This document shows, one piece after another, positions 48,818 to 59,063 of a stretch of DNA of 64,000 bases; position 1 is the first letter of the stretch; every line of letters begins with the position of its first letter. Where the stretch lies: IMG/VR virus record IMGVR_UViG_2636416135_000002; one strand, written 5' to 3'. This DNA comes from an uncultured virus (IMG/VR IMGVR_UViG_2636416135_000002) (Duplodnaviria; Heunggongvirae; Uroviricota; Caudoviricetes). The position numbers and the translations under genes were made by a program. Below the pieces are notes generated by a model, which saw only the letters and a program-made list of their open reading frames with translations, did no database searches and was not told the DNA's origin.

Positions 48818-51094
48818 ATGTTTCCCGATGGTATTTGCAGAGTAAGGGAAAATTACTATACAAAGACTTTGCAGTTTCAGGACATCAACTATCAGCTTGC
48901 CCAGCAGGAAGATCAAAAGGCAATCTTTGAGGAATGGTGCAGCTTTCTTAATTTCTTTGACAGCTCGATTCACTTTGAGCTGTCTTTTATGAATATGAGT
49001 ACGGACGCTGAAAGCTTTGAAAAGAATATCCGTATCCCCCATCAGAAAGATGAGTTCAATCCGATACGAAACGAGTATACGCAGATGCTGAAGTCGCAGC
49101 TTGCTCAAGGAAACAACGGACTTACAAAAGCCAAGTATCTGACTTTTGGTATCGAAGCAGAATCCATGAAGCAGGCGAAGCCAAGACTGGAGCATGTGCA
49201 GACGGATTTGCTGAACAATTATCGAAGATTGGGCGTTAGTGCAAAGGTATTGAATGGGAAGGAACGCTTGCAGCTTATGCACTCCATTTTTCACATGGGA
49301 GATCAAGAGAAGTTTATGTTTGAATGGGAATGGCTTGTAGAATCCGGTTTATCGGTAAAAGATTTTATTGCACCGACTTCATTCGGCTTTCATGGAAACC
49401 GAGTGTTTCAGATGGGCGAAGTCTACGGAGCGATGTCCTATCTTGCGATTACTGCTTCTGATTTAAGCGACCAGATGTTGAAGGATTTCTTGGATATGGA
49501 TTCCTCGCAGATCGTTACTATGCATATTCAGTCGGTGGATCAGACTTCAGCTATCAAGAAAGTGAAGCATACGATTACGGAACTTGACCGTTCCAAGATC
49601 GAGGAGCAGAAGAAAGCAGTTCGCTCCGGTTATGATATGGACATCATTCCATCAGATTTGGCGACCTATGGGAAAGACGCAAAGGCACTCTTGAAAGAGT
49701 TGCAGAGTCAGAACGAGCGAATGTTCTTATTGACATTCCTTGTTATGAATATCGGCAAGACGAAACAGGAACTTGAAAACAATGTGTTTCAGGCGAAATC
49801 TATTGCTCAGAAGCACAACTGCATTTTAAGAAGGCTTGATTATCAGCAGGAGAACGCTTTGATGAGTAGCCTTCCTTTAGCGAACAATCTCATTGAGATC
49901 CAAAGAGGACTGACGACCTCAAGCACAGCGATCTTCGTTCCTTTTACGACGCAGGAGCTTTTTCAAAGCGGAAATGAATCTCTTTACTATGGACTGAACG
50001 CTCTTTCCAACAATCTGATTATGGTGGATCGCAAGAAACTAAAGAATCCTAACGGGTTGGTATTGGGAACGCCGGGTTCTGGAAAAAGTTTCAGTGCAAA
50101 AAGAGAAATTGCCAACTGCTTCTTGGCAACCGATGATGACATCATTATCTGTGATCCGGAGTCGGAATATACAGCACTTGTATATAAGTTCAAGGGACAG
50201 GTGGTAAAGATCAGTCCGAGCAGTACGCAGTTCATCAATCCGATGGACATCAATGCCAATTATTCGGAGGAAGATAATCCGATTGCATTGAAAGCTGATT
50301 TTGTCTTGTCTTTATGCGAGCTTATCGTTGGTGGAAAAGATGGATTGCAGCCGATTGAAAAGACGGTAATCGACCGTTGTGTTCATCAGATTTATCAGCG
50401 ATATTTTGAAAATCCGGTGCCGGAGAATATGCCGCTTTTAGAGGATTTGTATCAAGCGTTATTGGCACAGGAAGAAAAAGAAGCTCATCATGTAGCCACA
50501 GCCCTTGAAATCTATGTCAAAGGTTCGTTGAACCTGTTCAATCATAGAACGAATGTGGATATCAATAACCGATTGGTGTGCTACGACATCAAGGAGCTTG
50601 GAAAACAATTAAAGAAAATCGGAATGCTTGTGGTACAGGATCAGGTATGGGGACGAGTAACCGCAAACCGTAATGCAGGTAAAGCGACACGCTATTATAT
50701 GGACGAGTTCCATCTGCTTCTAAAGGAAGAACAGACAGCAGCGTATTCGGTTGAGATCTGGAAAAGATTTCGTAAATGGGGCGGTATCCCGACAGGAATT
50801 ACCCAGAATGTAAAAGATCTTTTATCAAGTCGAGAAGTAGAAAATATCTTTGAAAACTCTGACTTCATTTATATGCTGAACCAAGCGTCCGGCGATAGGC
50901 AGATTCTAGCCAATCAGCTGAATATCTCTCCTCACCAGCTTTCTTTTGTAACGCATTCCGGTGAGGGCGAAGGCTTGCTGTTTTATGGCAATGTGATTCT
51001 GCCATTTGTAGACAGATTCCCGACTGACCTTGAGTTGTATCGCATAATGACGACAAAATTATCTGAAGTAAGCGAGAAAGCTGAGGTGCAGTAA
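48818..51094 (+). CDS. virB4: VirB4-like conjugation ATPase; true start probably upstream (frame open from 48656)
   Basis: LGTPGSGKSF, DPESEY, YMDEFH, RFRKWGG. Confidence 0.93.
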   Translation: MFPDGICRVRENYYTKTLQFQDINYQLAQQEDQKAIFEEWCSFLNFFDSSIHFELSFMNMSTDAESFEKNIRIPHQKDEFNPIRNEYTQMLKSQLAQGNNGLTKAKYLTFGIEAESMKQAKPRLEHVQTDLLNNYRRLGVSAKVLNGKERLQLMHSIFHMGDQEKFMFEWEWLVESGLSVKDFIAPTSFGFHGNRVFQMGEVYGAMSYLAITASDLSDQMLKDFLDMDSSQIVTMHIQSVDQTSAIKKVKHTITELDRSKIEEQKKAVRSGYDMDIIPSDLATYGKDAKALLKELQSQNERMFLLTFLVMNIGKTKQELENNVFQAKSIAQKHNCILRRLDYQQENALMSSLPLANNLIEIQRGLTTSSTAIFVPFTTQELFQSGNESLYYGLNALSNNLIMVDRKKLKNPNGLVLGTPGSGKSFSAKREIANCFLATDDDIIICDPESEYTALVYKFKGQVVKISPSSTQFINPMDINANYSEEDNPIALKADFVLSLCELIVGGKDGLQPIEKTVIDRCVHQIYQRYFENPVPENMPLLEDLYQALLAQEEKEAHHVATALEIYVKGSLNLFNHRTNVDINNRLVCYDIKELGKQLKKIGMLVVQDQVWGRVTANRNAGKATRYYMDEFHLLLKEEQTAAYSVEIWKRFRKWGGIPTGITQNVKDLLSSREVENIFENSDFIYMLNQASGDRQILANQLNISPHQLSFVTHSGEGEGLLFYGNVILPFVDRFPTDLELYRIMTTKLSEVSEKAEVQ

Positions 51095-52812
51095 TGAAGA
51101 AAAAGACGACACGCTTGAAATTCACAGAAGATGATCTTCGTAATGACAAGGTGGCGAAAGCACATCAGAAGGCAGAAAAAATCGCAGATAGGTCGGATAA
51201 GGCAAAAAGCAAGATAATTACTGACAAGGAAAGGGCAGCAACCCGTTCTGAAAAGCTCCGATTTGCTAAGGCGGAGGTGGCAATGGAGAATATCAAGACG
51301 CCATCAAAGCTGAAGCGAGCTGCTACGCTTGGAGGCACTGCGGTGGTTTCTAAAGGCGTGCATGAGGTTCTTTCCAAGAATGAAGATGAAAATGCCGGTG
51401 TAGATTCAGCTAGGCAAAGCGGAAGCTTGGCAGAAGCTTCAGTTCGCAGTTTGGAACAGGCTCATTACAGCCATAAGATGAAGAAATACAGCAAGGCAGA
51501 ACGATTGGAAAAGAAGGCGGACAAAGCCAATATCAATACGCTTTATGAAAAGCAGAAAAGCGTAGAGCCTTCTTCCAATCCTTTTTCACGATGGAAACAG
51601 AAGCAAGCTATCAAGAAAGAATATGCAGCAGCCAAGGCTGGGAAAGGAGCGAAAGAAGCAGCCGGTACGACTAAGACTGCGACCAAGAATACGAAGAAAT
51701 TTACTGAAAAGATCGGTGGATTTGTATCGAAGCATTCCCATACGATTTTGCTTGTATTGGGGTTCGGTCTTGTCCTTACGCTTCTTCTTGGAGCATTTTC
51801 TTCCTGTTCCGTCATGTTTCATGGCGGTATGAATACAGTCCTTGGAACTTCCTATACAGCAGAAGATGAGGACATCATCGGAGCAAATGATGATTACAAA
51901 GCACTGGAAGCCGGCTTGCAGTCAAAAATCAACAATATCGAAAGCACCCACTCCGGCTATGATGAGTACCGATACCAGTTGGACGAAATCAACCACAATC
52001 CCTATGAGCTGACTTCCTATCTGACAGTTATGTTTGAGGATTACAGCAGAGCAGAGGTACAGGATATTTTAAGAGAACTATTTGAGCGTCAGTATGAGCT
52101 TTCCACAAGGGAAGAAATTGAGATAAGAACAAGAACGGAAACAAGGACTGGGACAAGAGAAGTTACAGATCCCGAAACAGGAGAAACAACGACGGAAGAA
52201 TATGAATATGAGGTAGAAGTTGAATATGAGTATCGTATTCTTCATGTAACGCTGAAAAACAAGGGACTTGGAACAGTCATTGCCGGTATGGGCATGAGTG
52301 ACGATGAGATGGAGCGATATGCAGTATTGCTTCAGACACGAGGCAATCGAGCCTACTTGTTTGAAGATGATATTTACTCCAATCCGACCGGACCATATAC
52401 GGACTATGACATTCCGGGAGAGGCACTGACTGATGAAAAGTTTGCCAAGATGATCAAAGAAGCAGAAAAATATCTCGGTTATCCTTATGTGTGGGGTGGT
52501 TCTTCTCCGTCAACAAGTTTTGACTGCTCTGGATTTGTATCGTGGGTAATCAATAACTGTGGGAATGGTTGGAATGTCGGCAGGCAGACTGCTGAGAGCT
52601 TGCGAAGAATGTGCGATATTATCCCACCAAGCGAAGCAAAGCCGGGTGATCTTGTTTTCTTTCAAGGCACTTATGAAACAAGCGGAGCTTCGCATATCGG
52701 TATCTATGTAGGAAACGGTATGATGATCCATTGCGGGAATCCGATTTCTTATGCTTCGATTGAAGTACCATACTGGCAGCAGCATTTTTATTGTTACGGA
52801 AGATTGCGTTAA
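51094..52812 (+). CDS. Conjugation cell-wall hydrolase with C-terminal NlpC/P60 domain
   Basis: YLGYPYVWGG, FDCSGFV, HIGIYVG. Confidence 0.92.
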   Translation: MKKKTTRLKFTEDDLRNDKVAKAHQKAEKIADRSDKAKSKIITDKERAATRSEKLRFAKAEVAMENIKTPSKLKRAATLGGTAVVSKGVHEVLSKNEDENAGVDSARQSGSLAEASVRSLEQAHYSHKMKKYSKAERLEKKADKANINTLYEKQKSVEPSSNPFSRWKQKQAIKKEYAAAKAGKGAKEAAGTTKTATKNTKKFTEKIGGFVSKHSHTILLVLGFGLVLTLLLGAFSSCSVMFHGGMNTVLGTSYTAEDEDIIGANDDYKALEAGLQSKINNIESTHSGYDEYRYQLDEINHNPYELTSYLTVMFEDYSRAEVQDILRELFERQYELSTREEIEIRTRTETRTGTREVTDPETGETTTEEYEYEVEVEYEYRILHVTLKNKGLGTVIAGMGMSDDEMERYAVLLQTRGNRAYLFEDDIYSNPTGPYTDYDIPGEALTDEKFAKMIKEAEKYLGYPYVWGGSSPSTSFDCSGFVSWVINNCGNGWNVGRQTAESLRRMCDIIPPSEAKPGDLVFFQGTYETSGASHIGIYVGNGMMIHCGNPISYASIEVPYWQQHFYCYGRLR

Positions 52813-52819
52813 GGAGGAC

Positions 52820-53059
52820 ATGATGATAACGAGATTAGATAAAATCAAAGCAGATTTAGATAAAGCAAGGACAAAGCGTGATGAGTGGGAGCAGAGAGTG
52901 AAAGACCTTGAGAAAAAATACAAGGAAATGGAAAACACCATGATTCACGACATGGTTCATGCAGCAAACATTACACCGGAACAGTTGGCAGAGCTTATTC
53001 AAAAAGCAAATACCGCTGTTCCTTTTAAAATTACGGAGGGTATGGAAAATGACGATTAA
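52820..53059 (+). CDS. DUF4315-like protein
   Basis: Coiled coil, ITPEQLAELI; AAGGAGG RBS. Confidence 0.78.
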   Translation: MMITRLDKIKADLDKARTKRDEWEQRVKDLEKKYKEMENTMIHDMVHAANITPEQLAELIQKANTAVPFKITEGMENDD

Positions 53060-53717
53060 AAGAAGATTTGTATTGCCGGTTCTTATGGCAGTTATGGTTA
53101 TGGGACTTTTCGTGCCGACAACAGCTTATGCCAAAGCAAGCGAACAGCCGCCAGCGGAAACGACAGAAGAAACGAAAGAAGAACCAAAGCCGGAAAAGCC
53201 TTTGACACCAGACGGAAATCTTACGCTAGTTGATGATGTAGGAGCTGAATCAAGCGTAGGCAAGCAGTTTGTTACTTTGGTATCGAAGAACGGAAACTAT
53301 TTCTATTTGATTATCGATCGAGATGATAAGGGCAAAAGTACCGTTCATTTCTTGAACCAAGTCGATGAAGTGGATTTGATGTCGTTGATGGAAACTGAGG
53401 ACGCAGAAAAGCTTCAAGCAGAGCTGAATCAGAAAGAAGAACCAAAAATCGAGGAACAACAGCCAGAAGAAAAAGTTGAGGTCATAGAAGAACATGAACC
53501 AGACAAACCAATGAACTTGCTTCCAGTCGTAGTTCTTGTGATTGTAATCATTGGTGGAGGTATCTTTGCGTTTATGAAGCTGAAGGAAAAGAAAAAGGCA
53601 GAAGAAACCAAACCAGATCCGGACGCTGACTACAATGATGATGAACTGGACGAAGATGATGAGCTTGATTACTTTGAAATTAACGAGGAAGATGAAGAAA
53701 CAGAGGAAAAAGCTTAG
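53049..53717 (+). CDS. DUF4366-like membrane protein
   Basis: Signal peptide, LTPDGNLTLVDD, KQFVTLVSKNGNYFYLIIDR, TM helix, acidic tail. Confidence 0.82.
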   Translation: MTIKRRFVLPVLMAVMVMGLFVPTTAYAKASEQPPAETTEETKEEPKPEKPLTPDGNLTLVDDVGAESSVGKQFVTLVSKNGNYFYLIIDRDDKGKSTVHFLNQVDEVDLMSLMETEDAEKLQAELNQKEEPKIEEQQPEEKVEVIEEHEPDKPMNLLPVVVLVIVIIGGGIFAFMKLKEKKKAEETKPDPDADYNDDELDEDDELDYFEINEEDEETEEKA

Positions 53718-53784
53718 TAAAAAGGCAGTCGTGAAGGCTGCCGATACATATTTAATAAATTTTATAAATTTTTGCAATAACATA

Positions 53785-53814
53785 TTGACTGCACAATTTG
53801 TGCAGGCTTATGAT
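53785..53814 (+). promoter_or_regulatory. MerR-type promoter with operator in the spacer
   Basis: TTGACT, 18 bp, TATGAT; dyad CTGCACAA-T-TTGTGCAG at 53789-53805. Confidence 0.72.
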
Positions 53815-53839
53815 TTACTTGAAAAGAGAGGAGCTTAAC

Positions 53840-54889
53840 ATGAAAAAATTAAATGAAGTTTGCAAAATTGTTGGACTAAATAGAAGGACGATTCAAGAAT
53901 ACGAATTCAATGGTTTAGCAAAGACTCCTGAAACAAAAAATAAATATGGACATTTGTTATATTCTGATGAGGATATTGAACGACTGTGGCAACTTAGATT
54001 CTATAAAGAATTGGGATATAAAAAAAGAGACATAGAAAAAATATTTAACGATCCTAAATATGACAAGCAAAAATCATTAGAAGCACAAATAAAGCTACTT
54101 GAAAAAAAGAAACAAGACTTAGAAAATCTGATTAACGTTGCAAAAGGGATGAGTACAATGGGAGTGAATACTTTCTCTCGAAAATCCAGTTCAACATTAT
54201 TGGATGATATGCCTTTTGATACAGCAATATCTGTGCTTGGATTAGCTTTTAAAAATTTGTCAGATGAGGACGATTTGGATGAAATGATTACAGATTCTTT
54301 AAATGAGGATGATTTAGATCTTTGGTTCGAAAATATTGAGAAGATCATGGAACAAGGGGGAAAAGGAAAAGCTTTTGATAATATAGAAGTGCAAGATTTA
54401 GTTCATAAATTATATGATCTTACATCACCGTTATTCTCGCCATCTATGATGATGTTTGAATGGGCATATTTATGTTTGGTACCGGGATCTGAATTTGCTA
54501 ATGAAATAGATCAGATTTTTGGAGTTAATAAATCTATTTATCTATTTGAAGCTATACAAACATTTATTAAGAATAATAAAAATAATGCTTATGATAATGA
54601 ATTACTTGATTGTTTTGAAAATATTAGAAAGTTGGGCTTAAAAAAATATCCAGCTAATTCGGATGAAGTGCAGGAAGAGGTAAGAAAAATTCATAGACTG
54701 ATAGAGCAGATGAAGATTTATAACGAAAAAGGTCAAATGAATCTCATGACTTCATTTAGTAATTTATTTGCGAGTAATGAATATAAACAAATTATTGATG
54801 GCGGAAAAGATAAAGGTGTTTCTTGGTTTATATCCAGAGCTCTTGAAATTTATATAAAAAATATAGAAGGAGGAAATGCTAATGAGTAA
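53840..54889 (+). CDS. MerR-family regulator with two TipAS-like C-terminal repeats
   Basis: LNEVCKIVGLNRRTIQEYE...LYSDEDIERLWQLRFYKELG; DNIEVQDLVHKL and NSDEVQEEVRKI. Confidence 0.82.
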   Translation: MKKLNEVCKIVGLNRRTIQEYEFNGLAKTPETKNKYGHLLYSDEDIERLWQLRFYKELGYKKRDIEKIFNDPKYDKQKSLEAQIKLLEKKKQDLENLINVAKGMSTMGVNTFSRKSSSTLLDDMPFDTAISVLGLAFKNLSDEDDLDEMITDSLNEDDLDLWFENIEKIMEQGGKGKAFDNIEVQDLVHKLYDLTSPLFSPSMMMFEWAYLCLVPGSEFANEIDQIFGVNKSIYLFEAIQTFIKNNKNNAYDNELLDCFENIRKLGLKKYPANSDEVQEEVRKIHRLIEQMKIYNEKGQMNLMTSFSNLFASNEYKQIIDGGKDKGVSWFISRALEIYIKNIEGGNANE

Positions 54890-55256
54890 TCGAAGTAAAG
54901 AAATTATGGAACTTCTGAATGATAATGGTAAAAATGCTACTGATATGACGAGTGCATTAAAGAAAATTGGTGATGGGGATATGCAAAAAGGATTAAATAC
55001 ACTAGCAAGTTACTTTAAAAATACCGGAATTAATATAGGTGAAAAAAGTGGTTGGGTTAAAGGATCAGCCACTACACTTGGAGTGACACTTGCAATAGGA
55101 GGAGGAGCTTATCTTATTGATAGATATAAAAAATACAAAGCAAATAAGGAATTAGAAGCTGAAGGTGAAAAAATTTATGAAGCGCTAAAAGAGACAATTA
55201 CTGTAGAAGAAAACGAAGGAGGTGAAGATGATGAGCGAGAGATTTCCGAATATTGA
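54882..55256 (+). CDS. Hypothetical protein with one TM segment
   Basis: 124 aa; AGGAGG RBS; overlaps the merR stop. Confidence 0.7.
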   Translation: MSNRSKEIMELLNDNGKNATDMTSALKKIGDGDMQKGLNTLASYFKNTGINIGEKSGWVKGSATTLGVTLAIGGGAYLIDRYKKYKANKELEAEGEKIYEALKETITVEENEGGEDDEREISEY

Positions 55257-55413
55257 TTGGTACTGTGACCGTTGCAATGCTTACTTAAATTCACAGCCGG
55301 GATTTGATGACCATAAATATACATGGAAGTGTACAGAATGTGGTCATAAGAATAGTATTTCTTCCGATGATATTTATGAATCAGAAGAAGATTTCAGGAA
55401 TGTGAATGATTAG
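55228..55413 (+). CDS. Small zinc-ribbon protein
   Basis: WYCDRCNAYLN...WKCTECGHKN. Confidence 0.75.
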   Translation: MMSERFPNIDWYCDRCNAYLNSQPGFDDHKYTWKCTECGHKNSISSDDIYESEEDFRNVND

Positions 55414-55424
55414 GAGGAAGCCAT

Positions 55425-55634
55425 ATGTTAGTTCTTGGAGTTAATAAAATTCTTAATTGGTGTCAAATTGTATCTGGTGGTAGAAGATATACTTGCCCAA
55501 CGAAAGAAATTGATGGGAAACTATTGTTTGCGTTCAAAAAAGCATGGCATCCAGTTGAAGAATATATTACCGAACATACGGATGAACTTGTTGAAGAAGG
55601 CGGACGAATTTTCTCAAGACCATTTAAAAAGTAA
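55425..55634 (+). CDS. Hypothetical protein
   Basis: 69 aa; AGGAGG RBS. Confidence 0.65.
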   Translation: MLVLGVNKILNWCQIVSGGRRYTCPTKEIDGKLLFAFKKAWHPVEEYITEHTDELVEEGGRIFSRPFKK

Positions 55635-55648
55635 TATGAGGTGAAAAA

Positions 55649-55786
55649 ATGAACAGAGAAGAATTGAAAGAACAGATTGATGAGCTAATGAGACAGTATG
55701 CAGATGAAGAAATTGACGGAGCTACTTACGCACAAAAAATGATGGAGTTAACAACATCTGCTCAAAATGAAAACGACGAAGATTAA
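55649..55786 (+). CDS. Small acidic protein, 45 aa; not in the ORF track
   Basis: Hand translation MNREELKEQIDELMRQYADEEIDGATYAQKMMELTTSAQNENDED; GAGGTG RBS. Confidence 0.6.
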   Translation: MNREELKEQIDELMRQYADEEIDGATYAQKMMELTTSAQNENDED

Positions 55787-55851
55787 TCGGATAGTTTGCT
55801 TTTGTAAAGAAAATCACTAAAGAAGAATAAATCTAAACTTTACAAAAATTA

Positions 55852-55894
55852 TTACATAGCAGTCTTGTACTAATTGCAGTATGAGGCTGCTTTT
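55852..55894 (+). repeat. 43-bp direct repeat, copy 1 (terminator-like hairpin)
   Basis: 41/43 identical to 56348-56390. Confidence 0.8.
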
Positions 55895-55999
55895 TAATAT
55901 CTACAATCAGTAATTTTATTGTTCTGTAGTCAGCATGATTGTTTTAGCTAAAGTATTTATAGTATAGTAATTGCGACAGATATACGGGAGATAAGGAAC

Positions 56000-56335
56000 A
56001 TGTGTAAAAAAGCTGCGGCAGAAATTGAACAAAAGAAAACAGATATTTATTTAGCAGTCAGAGAGTATGAATTTATGAAGGCTTTAGCTGAAGATAGCGA
56101 TTTTAAAAGAACCGAAAATGCTATTAGCGACATTATAGAAAAGGAACGGATCATTTCTACAATGATGGACAACTATCTGACAGGTGTTGAGAAAATCAGT
56201 GATAATGATTTGGCAAATCAATTCTTTCACTTCTATACAAACTATCGTGAACAGGAAGAAATGATGGAACAGAAGATGTATCTTCGAGGATTTAAGGATT
56301 GTATAGAGCTATTGAAGAAAACCGGTGTCATTTAG
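56000..56335 (+). CDS. Hypothetical protein
   Basis: 111 aa helical ORF ending MYLRGFKDCIELLKKTGVI. Confidence 0.7.
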   Translation: MCKKAAAEIEQKKTDIYLAVREYEFMKALAEDSDFKRTENAISDIIEKERIISTMMDNYLTGVEKISDNDLANQFFHFYTNYREQEEMMEQKMYLRGFKDCIELLKKTGVI

Positions 56336-56347
56336 ATCAAAAGTAAC

Positions 56348-56390
56348 TTACATAGCAGTCTTGTACTAATTATAGTATGAGGCTGCTTTT
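56348..56390 (+). repeat. 43-bp direct repeat, copy 2 (terminator-like hairpin)
   Basis: 14-bp stem with three G-U pairs followed by a T run. Confidence 0.8.
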
Positions 56391-56418
56391 ATTTTTTCCC
56401 TAAAAACGAAAGGAGTCG

Positions 56419-58482
56419 ATGAAAATGAAATTAGTATTAGCGGAAAAGCCATCTGTTGCTCAGAGTATCGCCAAAGTTATCGGTGCTGCAAGCAGAAAAG
56501 ACGGATACCTTGAGGGCAACGGATATATCGTCAGTTGGTGTATTGGTCATCTGGTAGAACTGGCAGAACCGGAAACCTATGATGAAAAGTACAAGAAATG
56601 GACTTATGATGATTTGCCTATCGTGCCAAGCAAGTGGAAATATGAAGTATCGTCTGCGACAAGAAAACAATTTACAGTATTGAAGAATCTGATGAAGCGA
56701 GAAGATGTTGACAGCCTTGTCTGTGCAACGGACGCTGGGCGTGAGGGAGAACTGATTTTCCGACTTGTCTATCATCAGTGCCACTGTACCAAGCCATTTG
56801 AAAGACTTTGGATTTCTTCCATGGAAGATAGTGCAATCAAAGATGGATTTGAAAACCTAAAACCTTCCTCAGCTTATGACAGGCTGTATGAAGCTGCGTT
56901 ATGTCGAGAGCGAGCCGACTGGCTAGTTGGTATCAATGCTACTCGGCTTTTTTCTTGCCTATATAGGCAGTCTTTAAGTGTTGGACGAGTGATGACACCG
57001 ACGCTTGCAATGACGGTACAAAGAGAAGCAGCTATTTCAGCTTTTAAGGAAGAAAGCTTTTATACGGTAGAGGTTGATTGTGATGGATTCATTGCAAGTA
57101 GTGAGCGTTATCAATCAAAAGAAGAAGCTGAAGCAGACAGAAAGAAATGCGAAGCGAAGGAAACGATTGATGTCATCAAAGTACGGACTAAGGAAAAATC
57201 AGAAAAAGCACCGGCTTTATATGACCTTACAAGTTTGCAAAGGGATTCCAACAGACTGCTTGGATATACAGCGAAGCAGACGCTTGATTATGCTCAAAGC
57301 CTATATGAAAAGAAGCTGATCACCTACCCTCGTACCGATAGCCGATTTATTACTGAAGATATGGAAAACGGTCTGTCTGAGCTGTTTGAACCAATACAAA
57401 AGTTCACAAAAAAAGAGCTTGCCGAGGTTGAAAAGAAGCAGATCATCAACAACAAGAAAGTAACAGACCATCATGCCATTCTTCCGACAAAAGAGATTAC
57501 CGGTATCAGCGAATCTGAGCTGCCAAGTGGCGAATTATCTATCTTGAATCTTATATGCCAGAGATTGCTGGTATCTATCAGAAAGCCTTATATCTTTGAA
57601 GAAACAACGGTGGAGCTTGCTTGTGGTGGCTTGCCTTTCAAAGTCAAAGGAAAAACGGTTTTAAGCATAGGCTGGAAAGCACTGAATCCAAAGGAAGAAA
57701 AAGAGAAGAATCAGATTCCAAAGCTGAAGGCAGGAGATGTTTTGAATATCCAAAAGGCAGAAGTCAAAGAAGGAAAGACATCACCACCGAAACATTTTAC
57801 AGAAGATACCTTGCTGTCAGCTATGGAGAATGCCAGTGCTGATGAAATGCCAAAAGAAGCAGAACGAAAAGGAATCGGAACACCTGCAACAAGAGCCGGA
57901 ATTATCGAAAAACTGGTGCAGAAAGGCTATGTCAAACGAGTTGGCGATAAAAAGACAAAGAACCTCATTCCTACTGATGTTGGGGTTGCTCTTGTAACGG
58001 TTATGCCGGAGCAGATCCAATCGCCGACAATGACAGCCGAGTGGGAAGAAAAACTTATCGGAATTGAAAAAGGAGAAACGGAGGGAGAAGCGTTTATGGA
58101 AGATATTCAGACAATGGTTAGAGATTTAGTAGGAACATACGAAGTTGTGAAAGGAGCAGATGTTATTATGCCAAATAAAAATCATGCAGTAGGTCGTTGC
58201 CCTCATTGCGGCAGTGAAGTAATCGAGCGTCAGAAAGGCTGGTTCTGCGACAACAAGCAGTGCCGATTCGTGTTATGGAAAGACAATGCGTTCTTTACCT
58301 ATATCGGCAAAAAGATCAATCCTCATATTGTGGATCAGCTGCTTCGTGATGGAAAAGCAAGGCTCAAGGACTGCAAATCCAAGAAAACAGGCAAAAGCTA
58401 CAATGCCGATGTGCTGTTAAGTACGGAAGCTGATGGTAGAGCAAAGTTTTCGCTGTCCTTTGAGCAGAAAGGAAAAAGGTAA
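56419..58482 (+). CDS. topB: DNA topoisomerase III (ICE-borne)
   Basis: LAEKPS, ATDAGREGELI, ITYPRTDS, GIGTPATRA. Confidence 0.95.
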   Translation: MKMKLVLAEKPSVAQSIAKVIGAASRKDGYLEGNGYIVSWCIGHLVELAEPETYDEKYKKWTYDDLPIVPSKWKYEVSSATRKQFTVLKNLMKREDVDSLVCATDAGREGELIFRLVYHQCHCTKPFERLWISSMEDSAIKDGFENLKPSSAYDRLYEAALCRERADWLVGINATRLFSCLYRQSLSVGRVMTPTLAMTVQREAAISAFKEESFYTVEVDCDGFIASSERYQSKEEAEADRKKCEAKETIDVIKVRTKEKSEKAPALYDLTSLQRDSNRLLGYTAKQTLDYAQSLYEKKLITYPRTDSRFITEDMENGLSELFEPIQKFTKKELAEVEKKQIINNKKVTDHHAILPTKEITGISESELPSGELSILNLICQRLLVSIRKPYIFEETTVELACGGLPFKVKGKTVLSIGWKALNPKEEKEKNQIPKLKAGDVLNIQKAEVKEGKTSPPKHFTEDTLLSAMENASADEMPKEAERKGIGTPATRAGIIEKLVQKGYVKRVGDKKTKNLIPTDVGVALVTVMPEQIQSPTMTAEWEEKLIGIEKGETEGEAFMEDIQTMVRDLVGTYEVVKGADVIMPNKNHAVGRCPHCGSEVIERQKGWFCDNKQCRFVLWKDNAFFTYIGKKINPHIVDQLLRDGKARLKDCKSKKTGKSYNADVLLSTEADGRAKFSLSFEQKGKR

Positions 58483-58485
58483 GCT

Positions 58486-59055
58486 ATGAGTAAAGAAATT
58501 CGATTTATCAACAGCAAGTATGATGATTTGTTCCGCATTCCGGACGGAGCAACAATCCAGATTGAGTTTTCCAATGAGCCGGTCATCAAGACTTGCAAAT
58601 ATATTGATGATTATCATACCAAGATCGGAAGCGAGCTATTTCACATCTGTCAGTTTGCAGAGATGATGGAGCGTGTCGGAGCAAAGTATTATCCGGAAGA
58701 TGAGATTATAGACGAACAAGCAGCATGGAAAGTCGGTCAGAACCATTATCTTGCATTGCAGACCTCGGAAGATGGGTATGACTACACCCTGTATGACAAG
58801 AACTTCAATGAGATCGATGGCGGTCAGCTTGATGATCCAGAGCTTTCAATGAAAGAAGCCAGAAAAGAAATCTTGAACGACTTTAAGCTTGGCAGAAAAG
58901 ACTTAGTAACAATTGACTATGATGATCTTCTTGAAAAAGTGGAACAGGTCGAAACCAAACAGATTTCTTCAGTGCTTGAGAAGCTTAACAGCCATAAAAA
59001 ATCCATTTTGGAAAATAAACAGTCATCAGAGATGTTCTTTGATGAGGAAAGATAG
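58486..59055 (+). CDS. LPD16-like domain protein
   Basis: YLALQTSEDGYDYTLYDKNFNEIDGGQLD. Confidence 0.65.
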   Translation: MSKEIRFINSKYDDLFRIPDGATIQIEFSNEPVIKTCKYIDDYHTKIGSELFHICQFAEMMERVGAKYYPEDEIIDEQAAWKVGQNHYLALQTSEDGYDYTLYDKNFNEIDGGQLDDPELSMKEARKEILNDFKLGRKDLVTIDYDDLLEKVEQVETKQISSVLEKLNSHKKSILENKQSSEMFFDEER

Positions 59056-59063
59056 AGGAAACT

